From positions 30,256,001-30,320,000 of the forward strand of contig OX597815.1 of NCBI GenBank assembly GCA_951406725.2: a stretch of 64,000 nt of DNA. The letters run 5' to 3'. The position numbers and the translations under genes are program-made. The stretch is from Octopus vulgaris (lineage: Eukaryota). The notes beneath the pieces were generated by a model, which worked only from the letters and a program-made list of their open reading frames with translations, did no database searches and was not told the DNA's origin. Shown in pieces: positions 11,549 to 24,772 of the stretch. Numbering within the stretch: the stretch's first letter is position 1; every line of letters starts with the position of its first letter.

Positions 11549-13306
11549 TTATGTGTGTATGTATGCAAGTATGTATGTATATATGTATGTACGTATTCGA
11601 CAATATCATACAGTGAATTTACATCCACTTCCATATCTAATGTCTCTAAGGCAGATAACTAGAGTAGTAAGGCTATTCCATTCGCAATATCTGGAAATTT
11701 TCAATCTCTCCATTAAATAGTGTTAAATATGTGTTTGCTAACATTCCCAATCCGACATTTAGATTTTATTAGCTTTTATTTCGGGTTTGCGAGTAAGTAT
11801 TCCTTGAGGTGTTTAAGATTTACGTATGCACACTGCAATTTCTTATGTAGTTTGAGGAACGTGGCTATTATTTTCGCTCCGTGGTTAAAGTTATCGTTGG
11901 TGCTTTGTATTCACTTTCATGTATTTTTGTGTGAGATTGTTTATTAAGTGTTTAGCGTATCTTGGTTTAGTTTGTACATATTTTCCGTCTTATCTGAAAA
12001 TGTGCCCAATTTGTGAGAAGTTTTAATGGCCGTGGTGTAAGCTTTCGGTTTACACTGGAAAATATTATTGTAATTTATAAATGATGCTGTTGGTTTCAAG
12101 GAATTCCGCTTCAAAGTTGTTGAGTTATTTGATCCTGGATGGGCAGTTCCATGTTTCTATTCCGAACATGTCATTTGGTAGAGTTATGTGATTATTCTCT
12201 TAAAACTTTTATTTCCAGCGCATCCTTTGATGATATTTTCCACTTTGCTGATTAGCCGTTTTATGTCGTTTCCTATTCAATAGGAAAAGGATATATTACA
12301 TTGACATTCCTTCAAATTATCTCTAGCTTTGTTTCGAAATCGTTAACATTTACCGGCAAACTTTACCTTTGTCTTTCTATAACTAATTTCAATTAATTGA
12401 TAATATTTTATTTAGGAAACTTACCATATCATACCTCACCTTATTTTCCATCAAATGCAAGAGGATATGCAGTTTCATATTCATACTATCTTTATTCGTT
12501 AAGAAGGTTTGAATAATTAGGAATGGTATTTAGTTAGTGTACGTTTCTCAGCGTCATTTCCGTAATAAGAATAAGGCAAAAAAAAAAAAAAGTAGAACTC
12601 AATAGCTCAGTTAGTCAAAATAGTTGATAGATAAGGTAACATTTGGAGTTTATAGTTTATTGCTAAATAGAGTTTAATGACCCTAACTTTAATAATCCAT
12701 TCCTCGGACTGATATCCAGGTGATGAAATGACACTTCATTAATTCTGATTTAATCAGCTTGGTTTGGACTGTTGAACGGAAAGATTTTACGAATATACGA
12801 CTTATCGGATAGCTACGAACAAGTGTATATGCGTATACGAGCGAATGTGCGTGTGCATATATGGGTATACATGTTCACAGCTATCTATATAGCCATATGC
12901 AAATGCATTTGTATAAGCACATACTTGAATATATCTACTGCTATACTCTCGAACATGTAGGTGTATACATAAGAAATAAACTGAGTCAGTGTAAAGAAAT
13001 ATGTGCAAAAGTATATATATATATATATAGCACACACACACTCAAATAAATATACACACACATAGATTATTTTATCATCATCTTCTTAATTATAGGTTGA
13101 CATGACTTCAAAGTTTTGCGCAAGTTTCACTTGCAGTCCGGCGAGGCCATGAACCAACGAAATTACGAAAGCCATTTTTAATAAAATAATTTATATCTGC
13201 ACTTCTAGTGAGTTCTTTTTGCAGTTAATATTCAGTTTTATCTTTATAAAAATATCTTTATGCGTACGCATACTCACTCACACACACACACACGTACGCA
13301 CACATA

Positions 13307-13533
<227 letters not shown>

Positions 13534-14636
13534 GAAATATTCTTCGACACGGGCACACAAGGCGCACAGCGGCACAGACACACATACCGGTATTCGCGGG
13601 CACACACACACATTAACAGAAATACACTCCTCCCCATACAATTTTGCGAGTTTATGATTCCATCTCACCGGACATCTTTTTTTTTTTTACTTCGTATTTC
13701 TATCTGTAATATAATCATTCTAACCTCAAGATGAAACCGAAAATGTCATGAAACATTAATAAACGTAGGAAAGATTTTGATCCACACTAAATATAAAGGA
13801 CTAATCAGGTAATACGAAAAATCTGTAATGGAAAATATTAATCTTCGACATAGACGTGTATGTTTATTTATATCAGTATAGGATGATATCAATATATTTG
13901 AAAGAAATACGCTGAGATATTCATGCTTCACTGAGTTATCGTTCCTAATTATATTCTCAACATTGCGTTTCGCGTCTAACGAGGACAATGAAATACAACT
14001 ACGAGGTAAAGTTGGTGTCAGAAATTGAAACCCAGGAAGGTAGAGTTCGAGAATAGCTGTAGTCCAATCAGTCAAAAGCAGCCAAAAATTAGAAACAAAG
14101 GGAAAATTGGTGTGCATTAAATCATTTATAGCTTATTAGATAAAATGCTGCCATTGATTACAAGCGACAAGTTGCAATTTTCAGGCGTTGTTCCAACTTT
14201 AAAATGCTAGTAATCTGTCTCTATATTGAATTAGAATTTTTGCATGAAACCATCGGTAGAATGGTTAATCCAAAAATAATAAAACAAATATTGTTATATG
14301 CTCTATCTGTGTTTATACATACATACATACATACATACATACATACATAAACACACGCATACATATATATTTACATATATTTTTTTTTACTGGTGAAGGC
14401 CGGTTTATGGTGTTACGGTATCTTCAGATACACCATAAGTTAAGCACTTTATGGACGGGAAACCCAGGATAACCCCATAAACCAGCATTCACCCGAAAGA
14501 ATATAGACTGTACTACTTCTTAGAGTGTGCTTCTTCTCCGGATTTATATTTTTCTAAAAACGATATATATATATATATATATAAATAATTGAAAAAAAAT
14601 TGTCAGCAAGGAGAACGGTTGGACATTTATTTTTAA

Positions 14637-14724
14637 TCACTACAATTGTTTCAACGCAACGTAGTTCTCGAGGCGTTTGATTATGTAACCGCATTATGAG
14701 ATCTAGTTGTGTTTCCTCAGGCAA
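14637..14724 (-). ncRNA. Type-I hammerhead ribozyme motif with extended stem II
   Basis: Minus strand UUGC-CUGAGGA-AACACAACUAGAUCUC..loop..GAGAACUACGUUGCGUU-GAA-ACAAUUGU-A-GUGA; palindromic stem III ACAAUUGU, GUA triplet. Confidence 0.7.
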
Positions 14725-14999
14725 TATGTAAATATTGTCTCCGTAAGTTCAAAATCTGCTTCGAGAACATTTTCTCTGACTGCGGTGGCTTGACTTTAGT
14801 AGTAGTCACTGAGAATATCCTTCTTGTTGACTCCAGTTTTTTCAATTCTCTATTCACGCACGGTAGATGCCTAAATGTAAACTTGAAAGTACGTATAATA
14901 CTACTAGATCGCACAGGATAAATCTATATGCTGTACCTTACTACGTTCTTAACAGAATATACCATAGCTATATATATGTATATATAGCTATTCGTAGCC

Positions 15000-15182
15000 G
15001 TATTTCGTCTGTCGTTACGTTCCGAGTTCAAATTCCGCCGAGGTCGACTTTGCCTTTCATCCTTTCGGGGTCGATAAATTAAGTACCAGTTACGCACTGG
15101 GGTCGATGTAATCGACTTAATCCCTTTGTCTGTCCTTGTTTGTCGCCTCTGTGTTTAGCCCCTTGTGGTTAGTAAAGAAATA
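15000..15182 (+). mobile_element. SINE family A unit lacking the 5' head
   Basis: Starts at gtatttcgtctgtcgttacg and ends at gtaaagaaata. Confidence 0.85.
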
Positions 15183-15426
15183 TATATATATATATATATG
15201 TGTCTATATATGACATGGAGCAACGTACGTAGGTATATATATGTAGGTCTAGAGGGTTATATTTTCCGGGTGGATACCGTGATAGCTCTCAACTGTGGTG
15301 TTCCAGATTATGGATAATCGCATCTATTATTATTTCACGTCTATGGCTACTACAAATCATCCTTTACGCTGTAAATTCCTCGATTGGATAATTCCGTATT
15401 CGCTTCACTTGATGGAATATTATATG

Positions 15427-15654
15427 TATTTCTTTACTACCCACAAGGGGCTAAACACAGAGTAGACAAACAAGGACAGACAAATGGATTAAATCGATTA
15501 CATCGATCCCAGTGCGTAACTGGTACTTAATTTATCGACCCCGGAAGGATGAAAGGCAAAGTCGACCTCGGCAGAATTTGAACTCGGAACGTAGCGGCAG
15601 ACGAAATACGGCAACGCATTTCGCCCGGCGTGCTAACGTTTCTGCCAGCTCGCC
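15427..15654 (-). mobile_element. SINE family A monomer with 16-bp TSD
   Basis: TSD gatggaatattatatg at 15411-15426, 15655-15670 and again at 15671-15686. Confidence 0.9.
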
Positions 15655-15967
15655 GATGGAATATTATATGGATGGAATATTATATGGAACGTATGTTAGT
15701 AATAGTTATAACGATAGAGAAAATGGAGACTGATACATCCACAAATTAAAAAGAAAATTATTTTACAATGTCAGACAGCATATTTTCATGGTTACTACGA
15801 CCTACTCGTGTTTCCACTTCAACTAGTTGAAGCATCCTGAACGAAGCTGCACAAAAGATATTATGTCCGGTTGCATGTGCAACTGCTTATACTCTGAACA
15901 GGGGAAACACGTGTATGTTGCCGTAGCTATAAAAATATGCTCTATGACATTGTACAAGTGTTATGGA

Positions 15968-16353
15968 TGGAAGCACTCCGTCGGTTACGACGACGAGGGT
16001 TCCGGTTGATCCGAATCAACGGAACAGCCTGCTCGTGAAATTTACGCGTAAGTGGTTGAGCACTCCACAGACACGTGTACCCTTAACGTAGTTCTCGGGG
16101 ATATTCAGCGTGACACAGAGAGTGACAAGGCCGGCCCTTTGAAATACAGGTACAACAGAAACAGGAAGTAAGAGTGAGAGAAAGTTGTGGTGAAAGAGTA
16201 CAGCAGGGATCACCACCATCCCTTGCCAGAGCCTCGTGGAACTTTTAGGTGTTTTCGCTCAATAAACACTCACAATGCCCGGTCTGGGAATCGAAACCGC
16301 GATCCTATGACCGCGAGTCCGCTGCCCTAACCACTAGGTCATTGCGCCTCCAC
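15968..16353 (-). mobile_element. SINE family B, full length, inserted at the LTR boundary
   Basis: Reverse complement of 6203-6587; TSD acaagtgttat includes the terminal bases of the LTR. Confidence 0.9.
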
Positions 16354-16358
16354 ACAAG

Positions 16359-16534
16359 TGTTATAATCCTAATAATGTTGGGTTGTTATAGTGCCCGCTT
16401 AAGTATACAGTATACTTAGTAAAACCAGTAAAGACACAACTATCTCTGACCGCCTAATACGTACTCTCTTAAGATGACTTGGTTATTCCATTCGTCACGT
16501 GGGAGGGGTGTACCATAATTGCTAATACCCTACA
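16359..16534 (-). repeat. 3' LTR of the Gypsy element
   Basis: Direct repeat of 18960-19140 (agtatacagtatacttagtaaaaccagtaaagacac...). Confidence 0.9.
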
Positions 16535-18959
16535 ATATCGCCCTTTTAAGTTTTTCTGAGGAAATGTCATTTTATTTAGCAATAATTTATTATTATTCAT
16601 TCCACTTCCCTTTTTTAGGTTTTTTTTTCGTACAATTTGATATCTTTTGCGCTTGGCATCTATTTTCTGGAACTCTGTATGTTTTCTTTTCCTCTCACTT
16701 GTAAGCCTGGGTTCAGTCACCTGCAGTGGAGTTGGTACTTGGAATGTATCATACAACCATTCCATCGGTCCCTCCAATTTCTTTGGTTTGCTTTCCACGA
16801 ATCTCTTTTTCAGTTAGTTCCTGTGTCTCTTTTGTATGCCTTAGCTACTTTCTACATTATACCCAATACATAATTTTACCTATGCATTTGGTAACTATGC
16901 CATCATCCCAACTCTACTTTCCATTCTTGTATGCCCTCATATACACCTTTTCACCAACTTTAAAGAATATGTCTTCACTGGCAATTTTTCTTTTTTTGCC
17001 AGGTAGCAATTTATCAAAGACTGATTTTACTTCCGTTGCAAACATCTGCTCCGCTGGTGAGCTACCTGCTGGTGCATTCGGATTTAGTGTCAAACGGTAC
17101 ACTCTTAAAAAATGTTGCAGAGCTACCTCATCTGTGACTTCCTTATTCTATTGTATTAAGGCTCTTTTGAAGGTATCGCCAAAGCTTTCTGCCTGTCCGT
17201 TAGATCTGGGGTGATATAGAAATATGCTATATGTTCTACCGCGAACGTTTCACAATTTTAATAAATTCACTAGATCCAAATTGCGTTCCGTTGTCAGCCA
17301 CTATCTTGTCTGGGATGCCAAATCTTGAAAGTAATTCGTGTAAATAATTTATCTCAGTTGAGGAGGTTGGTTTTTTACACTTACAAATTTCAGGCCATTT
17401 CGAAAAACTATCAACTACCACCAAGTAGTAATAATCAGTTTAAAAGAAAAGTGAAATATACGTGTAGTCTCGACCAAGGAATTTGGCCAATGTTTACTTT
17501 TTATCGTTGGCAATTTTTCACTTCGTTTTGGCTTACATACGTGCGTTCCACTTTGTTTTACTGAAATCATCTATATAGTCGACTGAACCAACTATATTTC
17601 CAAACAAAACACTTATGGGCGTATTCCATACTTTGAATAGTTCCATCCACTCTGTGCAGAATAAATTAAGTGAAATTTTTAGTACATACATATCTTTGCC
17701 GTTTTCGTTTGACCTCGAAATGTTACATTACATACCAATTCACCGAAAAAATATAATCTTTTTCCGTAACACCATGTACTACCTTTTCCGATTTAATTAA
17801 TTTCGGCTTACCAACATATTTCAAGGTTTTTTCGTTTATAATGGTGATATCACTTCCAGTCTTTAATTTCATTTTAACACTTGTATTTTTGATTTTCACC
17901 TTCACAAATTTCCTCGTCATTATATTACCAATTTCTCCTGATGGCATATTATTTATTCTTTTTCCTTTGTTTTGACGTTTTGTCATCTTCGTTCTATTGT
18001 GCGTCTTTATATGTCCTATATTTCCACAACGAATATACTCTCATTTTTAAATGGACAATTTTTCCTCACGTGTATACCTCCACATGCAAAATATGGGTTT
18101 ATTTCCTGATTTTTGCTGTGTTCTTTTAAAAAACGCTTTATCTCCATTCATATTATTTCGCGTTTGCTTTACTTGGAAATAATCTTTACGTTTAATTTCT
18201 TGGGTCGTGTCTCAATTTGACTATCCTCTCACATTCTTCTGTAGGGTTATATCTAGGTTTTGTTCCAGCTTCGCGACAATTCTAGTTAAAATTTCTGCGT
18301 CCTTTTCGGCAGTAATTCCCTGTGTAAAAATCCGGCATTTGAACATATCTGGCGTTAATTCGTTCTGCTTAAACTTCTCTCACTCCCTGTTTACTCTACC
18401 AGCATATGTGATGTAGTCCTCATCGTCGCTTTTCTCTATGTTCAAACACTTCCAATATGTGTTGAACAATGAGCTTTTTTCGCTGAAACTTTCACACAAT
18501 ATATCTATTGTGTCATTAAAGTTTATGTCCGAAGGTTTTCTTGGGAGTACATAATTACTGTATCGTTCATGTTCTGTTACCGTCTGTTTCCTCACGTTTA
18601 CGCGCATTTTCATCTCGTCGTCCCAATCTTTACATTCTTTCTCAAAGATTTGCTCATATCTTCTGTAGTATGCTTCGAAGCATTCGTCAGGTTCGTATTG
18701 AAATTTTGTAATGGAGTTCGCGACAAAGTCTGAACTATTTTTCTGATTTTCCTGACGACTTCATTAATTGCAGCATTTGTTGCTGTGATAGTAATTGTTG
18801 TTGTTCTTCTTACAGTTGTTGTTGCTCTTTTTGCAACTAGAGCAAACAGGTCAATAAATTTTCCCTAATTTTTTACGATTTGTTTTCGTAAAATTCACAC
18901 AATTGTTAATTCGTCGAGCTTATTAATTCCTGGTAAGTTGTTTAAATCCTCGTCGTCAC

Positions 18960-19140
18960 TGTTATAATCCGTTTAATGTTGAATTATTATAACGCCCACT
19001 TCAGTATACAGTATACTTAGTAAAACCAGTAAAGACACGACTATCTCTGACCACCTGCTACGTACTCTCTTTATTTATAGTGACTAGTTTATTCCATTCG
19101 TCATGTGGGGCACGTGTACCATTATTACTAATTCCCTACA
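18960..19140 (-). repeat. 5' LTR of the Gypsy element
   Basis: Direct repeat of 16359-16534; followed on the minus strand by the PBS-like motif. Confidence 0.9.
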
Positions 19141-19223
19141 ACGAAAAGAAAAAGAAACATATTTTGAGTATGTACCAGTTTCCATGTTCTCTACAGTCAT
19201 ATTGCTCATGTATATAAGTATGA

Positions 19224-19324
19224 ATGTATGTATGTATGTATGTATGTATGTATGTATGTATGTATGTATGTATGCATGTATGTATAAATGTATGTATGTG
19301 TCTATGTATGTATGTATGTATCTG

Positions 19325-19415
<91 letters not shown>

Positions 19416-19418
19416 ATC

Positions 19419-19484
<66 letters not shown>

Positions 19485-19512
19485 TTATCTATCTGTCTTT
19501 CAATCTATCTAT
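19224..19512. repeat. Compound (TATG)n/(TATC)n microsatellite
   Basis: Direct inspection. Confidence 0.95.
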
Positions 19513-19847
19513 CTGTGCATATATATATACTTTCGTTTATCAAAAAGTTGTCTGTATTGTATAAACACTGCAGTTAAATTACAATTACAATAGGATTTTT
19601 TTCAATACAAACTCAATATATACCAACATTTTTCCATTGTATTTTACTTAATAATGTCAATGTGAGTTGTCACTCAAAATTATCGTTGTTTCATAATATA
19701 AATATCGTTTAAAACTTTATACAATAACAATGGTCAATTTAGAAATTCTGGAAAAATTACTTGTCGGTTTAGAGTATCTTCATCCTCCTCCAATGAAATA
19801 GGATGATCATCATATCATCATCATCCTCATCATCATTGTCGACATCG

Positions 19848-20045
19848 TCTTCTTTTTCTTCTTCTCATTCTTCTTCTCATTCTTCTTCTTCTTCTTCTTC
19901 TTCTTCTTCTTCTTCTTCTTCTTCTCCTTCTTCTTCTTCTTCTTCTTCTTCTTCTTCTTCTTCTTCTCCTCCTCCCTCTTCTTCTTCTTCTTCTTCTTCT
20001 TCTTCTTCTTCTTCTTCTTCTTCTTCTTCTTCTTCTTCTCCTCCT
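19848..20045. repeat. (TTC)n microsatellite (second array at 21248-21340)
   Basis: Direct inspection. Confidence 0.95.
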
Positions 20046-21429
20046 CTCCACCGCCTTCTCCCCACCCCCACCCCCCGACAACACCGTGGGATGCAGTGGA
20101 ATACCGCTAAAAGAAAAAAAAAACGAAAACAAAAATCCGTCTTCATATCGTGTATTCGTGGAGAAAGTACATTTGGTGGAGCCACTTTTCTTCGAGCTAA
20201 ATAGGAGAAATTTAGAGAACCGCACTGAAAATAACACGAACCACTTGTCATTACTAATACTCGCATTGCCTTCCAGCAGTGGACGTTTTTGTTTTTTTGT
20301 TCGCCACACCAAGTTATCAGCGTAGTTGGCAATTACACAACTTCACTAGTCACGTTTGAAAGTCGGTATCGAGATATCAATTCAGGATCCTGCTGTCAAT
20401 CGATCGGCACCATAGTGACTCGGACATCTGTGATTCCCAGGAGATAAATAAAAATAAAAATTAGCAAACATTGACAGAATATTTTTTATGTTGAAATTTT
20501 GTTTTATTGCTAACATAGAAACAAAACCCTATATATATATTATTAATTAACCGTTAGGTTATTTCGTTTGCATTAATATTATAATTTATCATATTTTACT
20601 TTATAATAGAAAATATTCATAGCAAAAAGAATAATTCTGGAGTTGGTTTTAACGGCATTTTTATACGTCACATTAAATATGTAATTTTCATAGATGATTA
20701 ATGAGTTAAATTAATTTGTCGCCCACCATATTGCTAATATCAACTGAAATATTCATAGTTATAATCTCATGCTATAAAATCCAGCAGTATTAAGTCCTTA
20801 AGAGACAATACAGCTTTCTATTTTTTACGTTACGTTAATGGAACAACATATTTTCTGTTTATTATCTTTTATTTTTTTCCTCCCTCAGAGAAACGGATTT
20901 AAATTTGGATAACAATCCGGACGGCTTTTGTCTTCGCTCAAATACGCAACATACACAACACAAACATAAACACACATAACGCTTGTACATACAGATTCTC
21001 ATTTATGCGCACGCACTCGCATACACGGAGACACACACGCACATACGTACAGTCAACGACATTGACCTTTCCGCACGTACTGGTTCATATATTCATATAC
21101 AAGCATTTGATTTGTGTATACACACACACACACAGTCACGTGCAAAATAGACACACACAACAAACAGCCTAGAGAATTACGTATTAAAAATTAATTAGGG
21201 AATTACAGAGTTTAGCTATTCAACGATTTATTTTTTATTATAGTTCCTCTTCTTCTTCTTCTTCTTCTTCTTCTTCTTCTTCTTCTTCTTCTTCTGCTTC
21301 TTCTTCTCCTCCTCCTCCTCCTTCTCTTCCTCATCATCCTCATTCAGTAATCTTATTTTTATTGCGTGTTTTCACTACACTACCGAGCGCAGAAATGTTA
21401 ATTTGTCCAGTGTACAGCTTCTTGTGTGT

Positions 21430-21715
21430 TGATGTTTTAAATCATTTCCCAAAAGCCTATTAGTAACGAGTCTGTTTCTATTTTGTAACCTTTACATTCT
21501 GACTTTATTTATTTTCAGATCTATGTATTTGGAAAATTCCACCGTTATTTTGAAAGATACATTGTCTTCTTTTCGTGCTAATATTTTAATTAGGAAAAAT
21601 GTCTTTTCCTGGTGATCCTTGTTAACAATATCCCATCTATTGTCTTTGTCCCCACCCCTACTGTTTGTGTTGATTGGCATATCCTAGATTATAGCATTAT
21701 CATGCTCGGTGACCC
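21430..21715 (-). mobile_element. R4/Dong-type non-LTR element, restriction-like endonuclease fragment
   Basis: VTEHDNAII*DMPINTN..KDNRWDIVNKDHQEKTFFLI..DNVSFK..EFSKYIDLKI resembles the RLE W-D..NRPD..K..KY motif series. Confidence 0.65.
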
Positions 21716-21753
21716 CTTTTTTTAATGTTGTATATGTGTACCACTCCTTTCTA

Positions 21754-22047
21754 GTGGAGGCACATGGCCTAGTGGTTAGAGCAGTGGACTCGCGGTCGAG
21801 GAATCGCTGGTTCGAATCTCAGACCGAGCGGTGTGTGTGTTTATGAGCGAAACACCTAAGCTCCACGCGGCTCCGGCAGAAGACTGGCGAAATTCTGCTG
21901 ACTGCTTCGTCATAACTTTCTCTCACTATTTCCTCCTGCATCTTGCAGCTCACCGGCGACGGACCGGCGTCCCGTCCAGGTGGGGAACCTATACGCCAAG
22001 GAAACCGGGAAACCGGCCCTTATGAGTCAGGCGTGGCTCGAGAAGGA
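21754..22047 (+). mobile_element. tRNA-derived SINE family C
   Basis: tRNA head shared with family B, different tail (gcgacggaccggcgtcccgtccagg...gagaaggaa); TSD accactcctttcta. Confidence 0.9.
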
Positions 22048-22524
22048 ACCACTCCTTTCTACTCGATATGTTACAGTGCGAGCAAATTTCACCAAGTAGA
22101 CTTGCAAACAGTAAAATTTTGGTTAAACGTTTCTTCTTAAACCCTACACATTCGGATGCTTCTACGTGACTCTTCCTTACTGATTTCTTAGAAAATCCAT
22201 CTAGGACCTATCAGCCGCCCTTCTAAAAGGGCAGGAGAGGCATTTCCTCTTTGTTGGTGACAAGGAAGAGAGATGTTGTGTGTTGGACGTGACTTTAAAT
22301 ACTAAGACACTTTCTATTCCATCAAGATTTCATCGACTTTTTTCAGTTCCTCTTGGAAAGAATGGGGAGGAGGAAGTCAGGACTATGCCAGGCAAATTTT
22401 TGTATACCATATGCACTTTCTATCATTTTTCATTGTTTCTCTTTTCATTCGGTTATGTGTAAACACTTACACTATTATTAATCTGTCTTTATAATATTTC
22501 CAACAAACATCCCTATTGCAATAG

Positions 22525-22730
22525 CGGCGAGCTGGCAGAACCGTTACCGTGCCAGTTGAAATGCTTAGCGACTTTCCGTCCGTTTTTATTTTCTGAGTCC
22601 AAAATTCCGCCTTGCCCTTTATCCATTCGTGATCGAGAATACAAGAACCAGTTGAGCTCTGGTGTCGATCCAATCGACTTAAGCCCCTTCCCTAAAATTG
22701 CTAGCCTTGTGTCAAAATTTGAAACTATTA
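22525..22730 (+). mobile_element. Degenerate SINE family A copy
   Basis: gcggcgagctggcagaaccgtt...ctgagtccaaaattccgcc...ccttgtgtcaaaatttgaaac. Confidence 0.7.
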
Positions 22731-22977
22731 TTAAGTTCACAGCTTATTTTGCTCGGGATAATGGTAAGTGTCAGCTGTCCACAGCCAGCAGACTAAGCTG
22801 ACACTTGTTTACTGGTCATGGTTCAAGAAATGAGGAGTAAATAGACAGCCGACAACTGATGAAGGGTCATTCTCCGTGTTACTTGTCCTATTTTCCATTT
22901 TTCCTTCTCGTTGTTTGCATATTTAACTCGTTGTTTTCGTATTTCATGTAGTTTACACAGTCGGTGATGTCCCATAC

Positions 22978-23030
<53 letters not shown>

Positions 23031-23073
23031 CTGTATATATACAGATATATATGTATATATAAATGTAAATATA

Positions 23074-23134
<61 letters not shown>

Positions 23135-23154
23135 GCATATATATATATATATAT

Positions 23155-23352
23155 TACGGAGATGTACTCGCATAGCAAGTAATTTGATCTGAGATCGTGT
23201 GCTGAAACGAAAACAATTGCAGCGTGGAAGGTGTTTATAAGCCATTTAAGAAACACACAAAAGCCGTTCGATTCACTCCAACATTTAAGTTTAATTTGTC
23301 AAAATATTTTCGTCGCTAAAATCTGCGACCTGTTCACTGACAAAGTCCGTGC

Positions 23353-23356
<4 letters not shown>
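23155..23356 (-). mobile_element. PLE-type terminal repeat remnant between (TA)n arrays
   Basis: Bounded by (TA)n on both sides; contains the hammerhead at 23295-23344; PLE origin inferred. Confidence 0.55.
23295..23344 (-). ncRNA. Minimal type-I hammerhead with compensatory G3-C8 core (GUGAACA)
   Basis: Minus strand UUUGUCA-GUGAACA-G-GUCGC-agauuuua-GCGAC-GAA-AAUAUU-U-UGACAAA: 7-bp stem I, 5-bp stem II, palindromic stem III. Confidence 0.75.
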
Positions 23357-23404
<48 letters not shown>

Positions 23405-24270
23405 CTTACATATATATATGTAAGCCTTTCACTCCACATGTATTATACACACTACTAATAGTCGACCTTTTTAGTGAGATCAATTTACTATATATATAAA
23501 CACACATACACACAGATATATATATATGATCTGAATTATGCAATTATAGAAGTATACTGGAAACTATTCTAATTACTCTAATGAAATTTCATTTGGGTAG
23601 TTTGCATTCTATGGAAGTCTATGTGACATTATTACTTGAACGTAATCAGTCCCTATTCTATCGCTCTAGCACCAGTGCTAATAGACTAACTCTATCTAAT
23701 GATAGTCGATTAGATTGTACTTTCTTCATTTACTAGCATTTATAAGCATCAAGACTGCAAGAACTAATGCAGAGAACAAATATAAGGCATAATCTCCTCT
23801 TTACTATGTTTCATAAGAAGCTAAAACGGTGAAGTTATAGTTCCCCAGAAACATATTGCTTAACGATTGGGGAAACTTGGCTGTAGTATTGCAAGTGAAT
23901 TGTAGTAAAATATAAAACATCAACTGACCCTGATTCGTCTTCAAATGTATTCTCTGAAGCTGTCTCCACGCGTTCCTAATTCCAAGTTTGATTAACAGAT
24001 TATGTGAAGAGTGAAAAAATACTATTGGATAGTTTTCGCTTAGAATTCTTCTTTACACACACATATATATCGTTCAATAACAGTCATTGGAATATTTTTG
24101 TTTTGTTTTCGTTACCGTGACGATTTCTCTTTTTCCGGTGTTCTCCTAGTGGCAATGAGAGTACCGCCATCACCACCACCACCAACAACAACAACAACAA
24201 CAAAATGGCTACCAACATTAACAACAATAATAACAACAATCATTAGTCATTACATTTTTCTTTAATAAAG

Positions 24271-24341
24271 TATTATTATTATTATTATTATCATCATCAT
24301 CATCATCATCGTCGTCGTCGTCGTCATCATCATCATCATCA

Positions 24342-24381
<40 letters not shown>

Positions 24382-24431
24382 CATCATCATCATCGTCATC
24401 ATCATCATCATCATCATCATCATTATTATTA

Positions 24432-24505
<74 letters not shown>
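24271..24505. repeat. Compound trinucleotide microsatellite (ATT/ATC/GTC/AGT)
   Basis: Direct inspection. Confidence 0.95.
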
Positions 24506-24507
<2 letters not shown>

Positions 24508-24696
24508 CTGCAATAACCATGTACCTTCCCCCACATTTAATAGTAATCAATATTCTCGCCTTTTTGCTGTTACCTTTCTTATAATAACTATCCTTATTAT
24601 ATTTTTATTGCGCGCGATGTTGCTTTTGTTCTTGTTACAGTAACTGTAAACTATTACCCATTACAGATTCGCTGTATAGCGAGAATCTATAACAAC

Positions 24697-24772
<76 letters not shown>

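Larger units (their letters stand above)
16359..19140 (-). mobile_element. Gypsy (Mag-like) LTR retrotransposon, internally deleted (gag, protease, integrase relics; no RT/RNase H)
   Basis: Two ~180-bp LTRs with TG...CA ends; PBS-like gtgacgacgagg; PPT-like aaaagggcgata; gag-like HERYSNYVLPRKP..SLFNTYWKCL, protease-like KTGSDITII, integrase VVVDSFSKWPE, FGIPDKIVADNGTQF, YHPRSNGQAE. Confidence 0.9.

Noticed and set aside
11620-12400. Possible decayed LINE on the minus strand
   Set aside because: Only a vague H.L..C-like remnant; no diagnostic motif
22855-22880. CUGAUGA followed by a weak hairpin
   Set aside because: No GAAA or stem III downstream
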